Shown: in pieces, positions 12,278 through 24,534 of the stretch
How positions within the stretch are numbered: position 1 is the stretch's first letter
Layout of the letters: each line of letters starts with the position of its first letter
Source of the DNA: Eutreptiella sp. 'Long Island Sound 2002'
Taxonomy: Eukaryota; Protista; Euglenida
Length of the DNA: 64,000 nt
Assembly: GCA_964036045.1 (NCBI GenBank)
Contig: OZ038378.1
Coordinates: 13,888,001-13,952,000 of the forward strand
Direction of reading: 5' to 3'
Position numbers and translations under genes: made by a program
The notes under the pieces: generated by a model
What the model saw: only the letters and a program-made list of their open reading frames with translations
Database searches by the model: none
What the model was told of the DNA's origin: nothing

Positions 12278-12427
12278 GGATTCCGGCCTGGAATGCCACT
12301 CAGTCCGCGTTGAAGTCCGCATTGGAAGTGCAGAAGAAACCCATGAGATCCGCCCCCCCTCATGGACCGCACCCTCATGGACCGCAGTGGCCTCAGAACA
12401 GATGGTTTGTCATTATGCCGTTCGCAG
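12278..12427 (+). CDS. MBTPS1: S1P penultimate exon
   Basis: ctgttccag/GTATC bounded, phase 1-1. Ends NRWFVIMPFAG, the start of a transmembrane helix completed by the last exon. Confidence 0.75.
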
Positions 12428-14588
12428 GTATCATGGCCTTGTTTGAATGGTGGTGCGGTTGGTGCGGTGGGATGGGGTGCTCTGGGGCAGGGAGGGGTGG
12501 GATGCGATGGGCCAGGACGCCATGGGGTACGATGAGTACTCGGTGTTACCCCGCATTGAATCAATAGTGCGGGTGCCCAAAAGCTGGAGGGGGGGGAGAA
12601 TCGGGGCACAGGGACGAGGGCAGCTGGAGCAGATGATGGGACCGGTGATAGCGAGCATTGCTCGGCGGCTCCAAACTACCGCTGTGTGCTGGCAGGGACC
12701 GGGCGTAGGTCTCACATTCGACAGAGAACATCAGCGCTGTCAGAGACGACACTATTCTTGTGATAGGAGCACCAACAGAGCCCATGGCCGCGTTGCTGCT
12801 CCACTTACAGACTGAAAGGCGCCGATGGTGCCGCTGAGTTGGTTTGTTTTTGTCTTGCTGATTGTTGCTGCACGCCTTTTCTTGGTCAATGTCTCCCAAC
12901 ACGTTTCCGTAATGGTGGGGTGGGGTGGGTCATGATGCGGTGGGGCGGGGCGCGGTCGCGTGCGGTGTAGCGGGAACAATTCTGTCACGACACACTTATG
13001 GAAATGTCGAAAGAATTGCGCCATTGACCGAGCCTCTCCTGTGAATTGTGATCAGAGACTGCGCGCGATAGACATGCGTGTCCCATCGGGGCGGTCTGGG
13101 AGGACTCCTCAGTGCCCCCCCGGCGGCTCACAGTTGACCGGTCGCAGGGTGGCCTGGGTGAGGCACCGTGGGGACGCGGATGACCTGGAGCGCCGGAAAA
13201 GGGCAGTGTGAGAGGCAGAGGGGCTGTTGATGAGTGCCGATGTGGGCGGGACAATACGAGGGAGGGGCAGGCGCTCGTTTCATTTCGCTGCCCTGTGTGC
13301 GGGTTTGCACATGTGTGAGGCATCTCTGATCTGCAGGTCTCACAGCATCTCTGAGCCCATCAGCCACAGCGCCAACAAATGACGTTGTGTTGATGCACAA
13401 TTCAACAGCTGCACACAGGACAGGGCTGTGTCTGAGCAGAGGGACACAAAACGGTGTAGGGCCCTGCACTGTAATCTCCAAAAAGCGGCACTTAAGCAGC
13501 TGCGGCACGGCGGCCACTGGTCGCCGGCATCAATAGACCACAAAGTAGCACCGTCGTGGCAATGCCGTCAGTCCTTTACAATTGCTGGCTGCTTCAGTGC
13601 CATTTGCTTTGGCTGAGGCACCCGAAAATTTCTATGCGGGAATCCGAGTGCCCAGAAAGATTCAGGAGAGTGGCAGTTGTTTGTGCTTCACTAAGGAGAG
13701 CCTGGGGGTAGACATGGCACTTGGTGGTGAATCGGTTGATGTTGAGCTGCCAGCAGTTGAATTGGGTATGCCCCACGCCCCGTAACAGTCCCATGTGCAC
13801 AGGCAGGAGAGTGGTGGTGCGCATGGAGGGTTACACCCCTGCGGCGCCTGCGGTGCACCCTGCGGCACACTTGCGGCGCGCGTTAGGAATAATCCCGTCG
13901 GCAAACAAGACACACAATTCATTGTTATTGGATTCACTACTTTCGGACACTCCATCCCTTTGCACTGTGCAACACATGCAACAAAAAAAACACGTCCTTG
14001 GTGACTCTTTTTTCTTTTTTGAGTCCCCCCCCCCCAGCTTACCCGTGTGTGTTGGGGCTTGGGGTTGGGGTGATGGGGAATGCTGGGCCATGCAGCTGTT
14101 CCGCCCACGGTCTACAGGTACCAAGTTCCTTCCTCTACATTTTGGTGCATTTCAAGGGGCTAGTAAAATAGTTTAGCCCATGTGGTCATGCTCAAGAAGG
14201 CAGGGGTTATGTTGCTACTTGAGAAGGTAGGGGTTCCCCTTTGCTTCCCTGTCATCAAACGTCCATGCTTTGGGCGCCAGATTCGCAAGACGAGGCACTA
14301 TACAAATTTTGTTGGTTGCTCAGTGAAGATTGTGCATTCAGAGCTCTTCCCCAGCTCAAGTGTGGTCCTTGTGCTGTTCACTCAGTGGGTTTTGTACAGG
14401 CAGGTACTCCAAATGGTCACGGAGTGGTGTTTTTTCTTTCTTGTTGCAAGTTTCACTGTTTCTACGGTTTAAGAGGATTACTCCTGCCCTGCGACACCTG
14501 CGCGCCCTCATGTCCCTCCATTGTGCTCTTTGCCCCGGTTCCCAAACCCCGAAATTGCTTCGCGGTTGCTCTGTGTCTGTGCCTGCAG

Positions 14589-14695
14589 GAGTTGTGACCG
14601 TCTTGGCATTCGTGGTCGTCAAGGGGAAAAGGCATCGCAGTACGGCGCGGCTTGGGGCAAAAAGCCGACAAACCCCCGGGGCTAACCCAGTCTAA
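14589..14695 (+). CDS. MBTPS1: S1P last exon (TM end + basic cytosolic tail)
   Basis: gcctgcag acceptor, phase 1, GVVTVLAFVVVKGKRHRSTARLGAKSRQTPGANPV*. The TM plus basic tail matches the type I membrane architecture of S1P. Confidence 0.8.
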
Positions 14696-16423
14696 TGCCA
14701 GGAACATGGGCCCACAGCCTCCAGGCGATGGTCCAAGGGCGCAGCCACGGTTGGTAGCACAACTGTCGGTGTTTAGGCTGCGCGTGCCGGTCGTTTGGTA
14801 TGTGCTCAGGGGTTTGTGCACGAGAGCTTTGGACCCGGCCGGACGCGTGTTGCACGTCATATCATTCCAAGAGGATGTCTGGGACACGGTGGATTCCAGC
14901 CTCGACCCGAGGACATTGGATTCCACGCATACTGCGAGTGCCTTGCCCAGTGTTCCCTGGAGCGGGGATGGGGAGATCCGGACATGGTCCGTGGCTCCTG
15001 CCCCCCCCCCCCCCTCCACTGAGTTTGACAGATAGTGCTCTGGGCCCACGGTGCTGAAGGTGCTGGAAAAGGGTTTTCCCCTCCGGCAAAAGGGAGTGAT
15101 TTGTGGTGTCATCCCCCACTTGTGTCTGCTCCCAATGCTCGGGAATTGATCGAGAGAGATGAGTGAAAACCCTGGGACATGATTTGACCCCCCCCCCCCC
15201 GCCCTGGGGGCCCTGATACGGCAGGGGGGATGTCGTCCCGTCTCCATTTGGGGCATAAGACCCAGGCAATTCACACCGCACAGTGCGCATCGAAGCCCCC
15301 GCCCTCATCCACCCGACCCCCTCACAGGCGTGCAGGCCCCTAGAGCAACGTGTGTGGAAACTTCACTGCGCCGGTCTCAGACTGGGTCTGTGGTGGCTGA
15401 GTCCAGCGCGGGGCCGCCTATGGTACGGGCCACAGACGGACGGGGTCTTCAGGTGTTGGGCATTTTTCCATCCCATCGCCTCCCCCCCCCCCTCCCCACC
15501 ACCAATAGCCCCCCTCCTTGTCGACCGACAGTTGGTGGGTGGGTCGCAGCGGGACCAGTTTGGCCCGCTCCCATCCTTTCATTACAGCCCTGCAGATGCG
15601 CATCCAATTCACGGTGGTGCGCTGCCTTCCACCAGCTACTCACCGCGGGCTACTCCCGCTGCTCCATTCCCCAGCTAACCCCGCAAGCCAAGCACTGGCA
15701 GGGCATAGTGGCAAGGCACCACCGTGTACCTGCTGGGGCATGCTGGCACGTCCTGCAACAACCACATCTCACAACATGACCACAGGTCCGGGTGCGGCAG
15801 GGCTTACCCCCAAGCCCATCCACCGACAGAGCACCCAGAAGGGACACAGCATTGCTCGTCACGGCGTAACAGCAGTCGTTGGCATCGGGGAAGGGAACAG
15901 TGTGTGGATTGTGGGCGGGAAGGGGGGAACTGTGCCTTGCCTGGAGCGCGGGGGCCTGCGTGCGCGCAGGTGTGTGGGGGCGTGTGAGACCTCCATCTGC
16001 GGTTCGCTGGACTGCGGGTCTGCAGCACCGCCTGACAGCCTGTCCAATGTCATGAGGCAGGGGTAGAGGGCTCTCCAGTGACCAGAGAGAGAGAGGACAA
16101 GACCACACGTGAACAACTGCAATGCACTTGTTCATGGGTTTGATCGGCCGGGGGAATGCGGGCCTCGAGGCGCATTGGGATGTTGGGGTGCGACGGGTCG
16201 ATGCCCTGCTGGGTCCCTCAGTGGGAGAGACGTTGGCGAAGGGTGGGGCATAAACAACAGAAACACAGTGCGGCGCGCCGCTCTCCATAGATCTCTCCGT
16301 GACGAGGGGGTTTGTGCGGTGCCATTTCGGGAGCCGGGGCGCATCGCGGTGGGTGCGTGTCACGTGTGACGGGTGGTCATCAGCAGCATGTGGAGGGCTG
16401 TGTGGCTAAGGTTTGCGTTCGCG

Positions 16424-16539
16424 GACTAAGCCCCCCTCCCCCCCCCCACTTATAAACCCCCCGGTGGTAGTCGTATTGCGGTTTGGTTGAAGGTGCAGGG
16501 GCGAGGGGTTATAAGTGGGGGGGGGGGGTTGACTTAGTC
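16424..16539. mobile_element. 116-bp hairpin MITE
   Basis: GACTAAG-polyC-ACTTATAA(A)CCCC versus GGGGTTATAAGT-polyG-CTTAGTC. Confidence 0.65.
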
Positions 16540-16811
16540 TTTGATGGTTAATCACAACATCAACTCTCAAATCACACTCCAAATGTGACAAACAGCGGAT
16601 GCAGAGGCTGGGGTGGTTGCATGGCGGCATTCTGACTCGTGACTGAAGGGCGCCCAGAACGGGAAAAGAAGAGGACTGATCACGGCGAATGCGCTGTTGA
16701 TGAATGCGTCGGCTTCCTGATATTGGCGGCTTTCTGCGTGCGTACACTGTCCAACACAGTGCTATCGTTTTGGCGAAGGATGTTTTCTTTTTTCACGGGG
16801 GCCGCTGCCGG

Positions 16812-17285
16812 CCAGGACCCCCCCCCCCCCTCCTCTGCGGACCCCAAAATGGTTGTATGGGCCAATGGATTTTGTGGGCGCCGGAGGCGCCAGAGATTTT
16901 GTTTTAGGCATACGGCAGGGGGTGAATTTTTGTTTTCATTGCATGTGTTTATACTCAAAATGCTCAGTATTTTTTGGAGAATTCAAAAATGGGTGAAAAA
17001 CAGAAAAAAAATTATAGTCCCGGACCCAACCTCCGGGTCGGACCTTGGCTGACGGGAGCCTGAGCTGATGGGCAAATTTTTAAAAGGATTTTCTTACCCC
17101 TTTTGTGTATGCTCAAAATTATCAGCGCGTCATGAGCAGCATTTTGAGGTGTGTATGTTGGGGTACCCACCGCCCCCCCCACCCACCCAGGAGGGAAGGG
17201 GGGGGGGCTTCTACAACCCCTGGAATGGTTCAACACCCCTTGGGGTCACATCCTGCCAGGCAGCCGCCCCCGTGCTTCGTGCTTT
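16812..17285 (+). repeat. Dispersed repeat family A, full copy plus module B
   Basis: About 370 bp colinear with 58539-58903, for example GACCCAACCTCCGGGTCGGACCTTGGCTGA is shared. Confidence 0.9.
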
Positions 17286-20200
17286 TTTTGATTTTTTCAC
17301 TCAGGACAGCCTGCAGTTATGGGTGGCATGGGGTTTCATTGACGGAGGTCAGCAATCAACCGACTGCAACCGACGTTCAACCGAAGCCGATTGGCAGACA
17401 GCGATTGCTGACCGGGCAGTGCATGGTCGGGATTCAGGCGCACTGTAGGCCAGCAGTGGTTTAACCCTTCTCATTCAGGACGTCTTTGGTTGCCCAAAAT
17501 AGCGCGCTGAGTCTTAGGGCTGGAGTCAGGGCGGGTGGTTCGGTGGGTGGGGTGTGGGGGGTCGTCGAGGTGCAGGCCATTTATTTTTTATGGCTTTTTT
17601 CATGCCCTTGAGTGCACTATTCTATCGCACAGATGGACGTCTGTGCGTCCGGGTGCATGCAGACACATTGTCACATCCATCGATGCCTCCCGATCTGCAG
17701 GCCTCAAGCTTTCCAGAGTATTTGTTTCGGTAAGATTTGTCAGACTCCTCAGGAGTCTGCCCGAAACTGTCCCGAACTGTCTCTGAGACATTATTCTGCA
17801 CTGTGCCTCCCAGCCATCTGGGGTGTGGCCCCCGTCCAACGCATTATTCTGTTTTTGAGACTGTTCAGCACCGCTGCTTTACCCGCATCACCCGCTGCTG
17901 CTGCCGCACCTACAGCAGCTGCTCCACCAGCTGCTACAGGCTGAGTAGGGATTAGGCGGAGGCCCCGCTGCGCCTGCAGCTGCTGCTACACCATCTCTTT
18001 GGGGGGCGTGTTGTGTTGTGCAGCACCAAGGCCCAGTGACCCCAGCCACAAGTGGTTATTGCCGAACCAGTGCAGTGCAGTTGAAATGTTTGTCGTTGAG
18101 TGCATACTTCAGCGACCACAAAGCATGGGGATGTCCCAGAAGTGATGGGCATAGGCCTACACAACACGCGTCACGACACAACGGCACTTGATGTGTTCAC
18201 ATGACCCGGCATTTACCAGCGATTCCTTCCATTTTGGAGGATGTTTCACCCAACAGCACTGGGAGCCAAATGAACCGCCCCGCATCTCTTCACAGCCACA
18301 GATATCTCCACACACGGTATCCATTGGATTCTTTGTGCCTGGATCTTCATCGATTTCTCTTTGTGGTCTCACCAGAACCTACAGATTCACAGTATGCACC
18401 AGCGCGACAGGGACCCATTGTGTTGTGCGTGTTCTCCTGCATGCCACGAGACCACGGTGCTCCTTTCATTTCACTGCAACACTGTGGCACATTCAGTGTT
18501 TTGGGAGTCTGTTCCCTCTTCAGGGATTGTGGCCCATGACGTTCAACCGACACAGGTTGATGGTCTATTTCACAGCTAAAAAGATCGACCGACAGACACA
18601 CAAAAAAAAAGGCCCGTGGGCAGACAGACTGAGAGATGGGCAGGCGAACAGGCAGACAGGTGGGCAGGGGGTCACCCGACATATCGACAGATGGATGGAT
18701 GGACGGGCATGGGTAAGGGTATGACATGGCTGGCAGCCAGGGCTATGGGGCTGCATGCAGGCGGAACATGCACCCTAGAGGCAACGTTAGATCAGATCGG
18801 ATCCATGACAGTGGGACGAGCGATTGCCCCGTCCGGTCACTGCCCAATGGAGACCACCAAGATGCCCAGCTGCTGCAATCCACCTGCACCGGGAGGACAG
18901 ATTTGGTCGCAAGGTGAACAAGCCCCCCGCCCCTTCCCCTGTTGGAGGACAAAGCCCCCGTAGGGGGTTGGGGGGGTATCTGCTACCCCAGTGCACTGGC
19001 GATGCGCTTTTCGGTGGAGCAATTAGCGTGCGCTGTCCTGGACAGGGCAAGATTAATCTAGGCTCAGCCCAATTTGATGGAGAGCTGGCAGATCTACAGA
19101 CCCATCTGTGGGTCTGACCTGGAGTGGAGGTGGGCTATGGTGTCTGCAGCACCCCCACCCCACTTCACCCCCCTCCCTGAAGGTGTGTTTGCGGGGGGAT
19201 GGGTTGACCACCCAAACAAACCCCCAGAGGCCACCTATGGCCCCGCGGGCTTGGTTTGCACCTGGATTAAGCAAGTCCACAAAAAGTAGGGGTATCTTTA
19301 AAAAAGGTTTGGGCTCTGTGGGCCCTGAGATGGTAAAAATAATAACAAAAAGTCTTGCCAGGTTTGTTCATCTCACTGCAAAACCCCTTCAAAAGAAAAC
19401 CCCGCAGTTTCACCCACGGAATGGAAAATTCATGGCTTTCACAGACAACGGCACATGCAGCAGGCATGGCGGACAAACAATAGCTGCACTCGGTATTCTT
19501 TTTCACAGAGCAAACATTGCATTTGGTGGCCCCAAAGGTCACTGCCCTGCGGTGCAGTCTACTCTACAAGTGCATGGATATAGGTGCAGCACTGGCGCCA
19601 TCGCTTCCCTTACTGAGCCACGCCATTCCCAGTTCAGGCTCTGATGCAGCGGTGGGGTCCCACTGCAGGGCAGTCCACACCGTGCCAATTTGTGTCCAGT
19701 CCCTCCCACTATAGGGCCATCCTGACAGGGCTCACCTTCAGTTGGTGCACCCCGACACGTGTGCTGTTGCTTCATGTTTTGGTGTGTCCTCGACGTCTTC
19801 ACAAGTGGGCACGCTGTGTTGCTGCCTTGCATGCAGTAACATCTTTTTGATGCTTCTTGGGCATATTACCATTGTGGGACACTGCAAGCAGCACGCTACA
19901 AAATACTCTTTCCTTTGTACCCCCCCCCACCCTGCGGAAGCACCGCCTTGTCTAATCACCGGAACCCGGTCTGACCGTCGTTGTTCTGACCACAGTTTTT
20001 ATGGTGAGAAATTTAACAGAACGTGATTGTGTGCCATTTGTAGAGGGAAACAGGGGCTGTGTCATGTTTGGGATGAGTCCTCCTGCTCATAACAACATTA
20101 TGCTTGCTGCTGCAACCCACTGCTGTTTGTTTTGATGTGATTTTCAGCCATGACTAATGTCGTTACTCCTAGCTTGGCTGGTACCGCACGTCGCACACAA

Positions 20201-21130
20201 GCACCGCATTGTCCAAGCACTGGGACCCAGTCTGACCGTCGTTTTTCTGATTTTCCCGGGGTTTGCGCAGGGGGGGGGGGGTATGGTTGTAGAAGAGCAT
20301 ATTGGACACAGCAAATCACTGCGGGTTGTGCAAAATGTCTGAACGGCATCCAGAACAGGAGCAAGGCTGCCCCATTTCTTTAAAAAAAAAAAACAAGGAA
20401 ACGAGAAAAACACCCTTTAGGAGATTCTAAAGGCGACCCGTTAGATATCAGCATCTGCGCCTATATGGTGGCACCTCCTTCAAAAAGCAATGATTGTTTG
20501 AGCACTCGTGCTGTCAAATCCACTACAAACCTGCTGTTTGCAGCACTCAGTAAGCTATGTGAACATTTGTTGCCATCATCTTTTCTTTGCACAATGACCA
20601 AAATTTCACAATGAAAGAGGTGAGTGTGCGAGCCCTCGCGCACTGAACTGAAAAAAAAACATTCGCACTCTGGAAACAGCATCCTCGGGGCAGGTAGGGT
20701 AAGTGCAATTGCGATTGGGGATGCAACCTTGGTCCCCTAGCATCACCCCTATGACGAGACCAATATGACTATCTAGTTTTTTGGGCCACCGGCGGGAACC
20801 ATCTCCATTTTGCTTGCATGATGATACATAAGGTTGACATGTCAGTCCCATTAGTACCAGCAACAGCCCGAAACAAAGACATGTTGTTTCACAGCCATGA
20901 GACAACAAAAGTTGAGTATTTGCACAGCCACAACCAAACCCAGCCGCACACCCACACCCACACCCGTACCGATGCACAATCAGGGTAAGAGGGCAATAGC
21001 ATAAACAGCACATCTCATGAAATGAATAGAAGGGGGGGTAAATTAGGAAACACAACGGCAAGGTGCATGGAGCTAGCCGAAGACAATCATCATGAAATGC
21101 ATACTATTTGTGACCCTCGTAACCTTCCCA

Positions 21131-21790
21131 GGCAAGGTGAACCTAGCGGGCTTGATCCGGCAAGAGGCCCTCATCTGGCCTAGACGTTTCACGACTCTCC
21201 CAGCCCACTCCTTCAAGGCAAGGCAAAACCAGCAGGCCCACCCGAGAAAGTAGCACAAATCTAGCCTAGGCCATTCCCGACCCATCTGGGCAAAGCAAAC
21301 CCAGCTAGTGCACCCAAGCAAGGAGCATTCACACGGCTTGGGCTGTTCCCGCCCCTCCTAGGCAAGGCAAAACCAGCCGTTGCACCCAGGTAAGGAGCAT
21401 TCAACGGGCTAGGGCTTTTCGTGCCTCTCCCAGCCCAGCCCTCCCAAGCAACGCGAAACCAAGCAGCCCACCTAGGCAAGGGGCACCTCTCCGGCTTGGA
21501 CCATTTCCAACATTTTCACGCAAGGCAAACCCAACGCTCCTGACACACCCCTCCCGGGCAAGGCGAAACCAGCCGGCAAGCATGGAGCACGTGTCTAGCC
21601 GAGGCATTTCCCGACTTTCCATACATACCCATCCAAAGCAAGGCGAAACTAGCCGGTAGACCCATGCAAGGAGCGTATATCCAGCGAGGAGCGCCCCCTA
21701 CCCTTCTAGGCAAGGCGAAACCAACCTGCCCACCAAGGCAAGGAGCACATGTGCACCCTAGGCCATTCCCGACCCTCCCGACCCGCCAAA
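21131..21790. repeat. Degenerate tandem array with ~72-bp unit (9 units)
   Basis: GGCAAGGC(A/G)AAACCAGC-like starts at 21131, 21217, 21289, 21361, 21447, 21519, 21557, 21637 and 21709. Confidence 0.85.
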
Positions 21791-23846
21791 GTAGGACCAC
21801 CGGAACCTATTAGGGGAATTAAGGCAAACTAAACCAAAGCGATGTTGGGGACTCGCTCAAACATGACTCGGAGACGGGGGGTAAACTGGTACCGTGCATG
21901 TTGTTTTGGCCCCATGGCGGAAGGGGCAACACCCAAGCACCTTTCCAAGTCAAGTGCCACGAGAGTGGTCTGCCGTTCAATCTCTTCGGAAAGGGATACA
22001 CCTAGAGATTTTCCGCCCTAAGGAGGGGCTGTGCGTAATCATGGGGTTGCACCCCCCCCCCCCCAATGTGGGAAGAAAACCACACAGATGGTGAAGACGC
22101 CCTTCCCCATATTCGGGGGCCACTTTGTTGGGGGCAGCCATAATAGCACAGTGGGAGGGAATGGGGATTTTTAGCATAACGGCTCGCTTCAGCAGCAGAA
22201 CCTAGCACAAGGTGAATAGCAGGATGTCACCATTTGGAGTGCTGCACCTGTAGCCCATCGCCCTCATTCCTTGGAATAGCTCGATTTGCTAAAAAAACCA
22301 AAGATGACAATGAGAGACAGACTTGAGCATCTCTTTGGGATGCAAGCGAGCGCTCCCGCCTCTTCCTCTCCCTCCTAGCTCTAGTTGAGTCACCCATAGT
22401 TGAGTTGCCCTCCCAGGAGTAGCCTATGGGGGTAGTTTGGGGCTTAGGAGGGGGTTCAAGGTGCCCCCCCCCCCCCGCTTTAGGAGCGAGTGCACAAGCC
22501 ACCAGCTTGGGGCCCCTGCCGATGCAGGGTGGTCCGTCCCCCCTATGGACGGAGGAGACAGGGGACCCCGTAGGTACCCGGCAGGTGGTCCTCCTCATCT
22601 TGCACGCTTGTCCTCCCTCTGGTTCTCGTCTCTTGCCTCATGATCATGATCACAATCTATTGGGCTTTATGGGGCAACTATCGATCAGAGTTGCTGGGAG
22701 TCATGCCTAGTGGCCTGCGCCCCTGGGATGGCCCCCCTAAAGATAGCCCGTCCATCCATCCATCCATTGAGCATCTCTTTGCTTGGTTATAGGTGTGGTG
22801 TGTGGTGTGTCATGTGAAGAGTGGCTCTAGTCAAGAGCTGCATGGCACGATATATCTAGCTTACTCAGTGTCCAAGTCCTTGGAGTATGAGGACATATCG
22901 GCTGTTTAGAGTACACTTCCAAAGATTGTGGCACGGCTAGGCTACACGCCGACTTCAATCGGTTCACATCAAAGAATGAATGTTGCTTTTTTTTTGATTG
23001 TTCAAAACCATCAACAAGTATTCGAGATCGTCCGGTGCTTCAGACATATGGTCTGAGACAGTACATTATTGTTCCCTATTACCGAACTACCTTCCTCAGG
23101 GAGAGGAGGCATAAGGCCGTGGGTTTGCTCGGCGATGTGCTTGGCGCCCGCCCCACGGGCCACTCCTGCCTATTGGCTGGAAAGGGGTCTTTGTAGCATA
23201 GAGGCAGACAAATGTGGAAGATTTGAGAGGCTCCGCAAGCGCCTCCGTCCTGTACTGCTAGCCTGATGTTCTTGTCTCACTTCATGATGAACGAATGCTG
23301 CACACAGTGACAATTTGCATGTGTAGCCACCGCTGACAAGTGTTGGGGCAACGGCAGCAAAGTTGACACATGAGTGCATCATTAGGGCCTTTTCGGTCTA
23401 GACACTGTCAAAAACATGGTCCCTAGGACCATATGACTACACCATATGCAAATGGCAAACTGCACAGATTGTACTCTGATGGTACCCATTGGGTACGTGA
23501 TTAGCAGATGGAGTGATGGATGCGCTGCAAGATGTGCTAGGATGTGTTGCTGCAAGGGCGTTTTAATCTGGTTTTTCCCAGGTGACTCCTACTTTCGGCT
23601 GCCAACTTATCCCCCACCACCTTCATCTTCATTGTGGACACTCAAAAGTGCCTCGCATTTGACGTTAGGTTAGGTTGCTTGTTGCACACATACCTAGTTG
23701 CGTTGACCACGCCGGGCCGACCATCGGCGGTGCACAACCCAATCATGAGTGCCCTTCCACAAGGGGTCGCATTGACAAATATTGTGGTGTGACGGGACAT
23801 GGTGGTGAAGGGCTGCGATGCTGTCCACTGTCCACTGGGAATGCCA

Positions 23847-24534
23847 TGCACGCAGTGCACACACAGTGCGAAGTTTTGAATGTCGGCCAATACTCAGACC
23901 CTATTTTTGGCCCCTTTTGACAAGTTTTTGGTTCCATGCTGGGGTGTTTTTAGCTTCCTATGCATTTGGGATGTGGCACATTTGAAATGTCACCCTTTGT
24001 TGCCCAATGTCAACCATTTTTTACCCATTTTCCATCCCCTATATTGAACTCTCCCCACTATGGGGACCCCGAGAGGGCAGGGGTGATGTAGCCATACATA
24101 GCCCGCGGACCTTGAGGAGATTGTGGTAAGGCCTTCATCCCCACCCCATCACTGATCTCGCTCGCCATCAACAAGTGTGTCGCGTCCACGCTCAGAATCA
24201 CTGACACCCTCCCCTTCACCCTATTCGCGGTCCCCATCACCCAAGAGACCACGGACAACGCATTCCCCGCGCTCCGAGTCAAGGGACACCTCATCGCCGC
24301 CTCCAAGAGCGAAGCCACGGGCACCGAAACACTCGAAGCAAGCGGGCTTTACAAGGCTGAGTGGTCTGTTCATAAGGACAGTGGAGTACCAAGTTGAAGG
24401 CAGTTTCGTCGTTCTCATGTAGGCTTTGCTGCTTCGCTGTGCAACCAGTCAGGTGACAGGTATTCTTGGGTGAGTATCCCGGCCTCTGCGTGCGCAGTAT
24501 GCACGCAGTGCGCACGCAGTGCACACGCAGTGCA
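23847..24534 (+). mobile_element. ~690-bp cassette bounded by direct GCAGTGC-doublet motifs (family X)
   Basis: Motifs at 23847-23870 and 24500-24534. The 5' part resembles 44590-44679 and 46180-46368 (both inverted). The 3' part is homologous to 43975-44148. It holds a decayed Ser/Pro/Arg-rich ORF. Confidence 0.6.

Noticed and set aside
21131-21790. CRISPR-like repeat-spacer array
   Set aside because: The intervening sequences are homologous to each other, the repeats are degenerate, there are no cas genes, and the context is eukaryotic.
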